Of a stretch of 64,000 bases of DNA, positions 63,501 through 64,000 are shown in pieces; the stretch's first letter is position 1; each line of letters begins with the position of its first letter. The DNA lies in assembly GCA_021613535.1 (NCBI GenBank), contig CP075492.1, positions 4,712,001 to 4,776,000 on the forward strand. The letters run 5' to 3'. Source of the DNA: Adineta vaga (lineage: Eukaryota; Animalia; Rotifera). Both the position numbers and the translations under genes were made by a program. The notes below the pieces were generated by a model that did not search any database, was not told where the DNA came from, and saw only the letters and a list, made by a program, of their open reading frames with translations.

Positions 63501-64000
63501 ATTCCTGTATCGACTACATATTTTAATGAAGGAAACGTTAATGATGTTTCAGCAACAGTTGTAGAAAAGAAGACTGTTCCATGTTCGATATTTTCTTGTT
63601 GAACATTTGGATGTTGAGATTGAACAAGTGGATAGGCAACAATTGTTCCTCGACTAATATCATTTATTAAACGAGTGCATTGATTAACTTCAGAAACGGA
63701 ACTAACGAAGCAAAGAATTTGATCATGTCGTTTACGTTTTTTACATAATTCTTGGACAATATCGAGAACATTTTCATTTGGACGTGAAATTGTATCAACA
63801 CGATGTAAAGTACCCATTTGTGGCATTTGAAATTCAGCTAAACCAGCTTGAGGAATTTTTCGAAAGAGATCCGGTACGGATGCATTCAAAGTTGCGGATG
63901 AAATAATTACTTTCATTTTGGATTTCAATTCCGGTTTATTTGTTAATAAACGAGCTAATAATGCTAAACAAAGATCAATATTTACTGATCGTTCATGAAC
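60515..64000 (-). CDS. DEAH-box RNA helicase - HA2 - KH-like - class II nucleotidyltransferase - PARP catalytic fusion (5' end outside the window)
   Basis: Helicase motifs VHERS, SSATL, STTVAETSLT and QRRGRLGR; HA2 (LTKDGKLLSKLP); GGFVRD...DLD...RIDFDVNNL; PARP LFHGT/GAYFA/TEYIIY. Introns 63126-63183, 61891-61943 and 60775-60834 all restore the frame. Confidence 0.88.

Noticed and set aside
1-64000. Prokaryotic operon, CRISPR array, tRNA/rRNA or intact transposon
   Set aside because: Spliceosomal introns occur throughout. I saw no repeat-spacer arrays, cloverleafs or transposase/RT motifs by eye, though small ncRNAs could have been missed without a covariance-model search.

Overview
AT-rich eukaryotic genomic DNA, gene-dense, with many short (~40-90 nt) GT-AG introns. 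The ORF track therefore fragments most genes and misses some (cathepsin L, the DOPA-dioxygenase-like gene). Metazoan families (rhodopsin-like GPCRs, an LDLa/EGF GPCR, LTA4H, cathepsin L, F-box/LRR, TRAF-type RING) sit beside intronised genes of bacterial or fungal type (beta-carbonic anhydrase, acetamidase, GH78 rhamnosidase, sugar porter, DOPA 4,5-dioxygenase-like). This mix strongly suggests a bdelloid rotifer, which is an inference. I reconstructed about 27 genes and several pseudogenes by hand splicing. The most striking items are: (1) a spliced DEAH RNA helicase + CCA/poly(A)-polymerase-type nucleotidyltransferase + PARP fusion at the right edge; (2) a tight 4.3 kb module of two head-to-head NEURL4-like ADP-ribosyltransferase paralogs (one membrane-anchored, with the catalytic His lost) next to an NMNAT-like/APH-kinase fusion; (3) a multipass membrane Gig2-like ART; (4) a ubiquitin domain missing 6 of its 7 canonical lysines; (5) a secreted DOPA-dioxygenase-like protein with a cystine-knot tail. 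Together they point to an NAD+/ADP-ribose- and ubiquitin-rich candidate innate-immunity neighbourhood. No rRNA, tRNA, CRISPR array or intact transposon was recognised.
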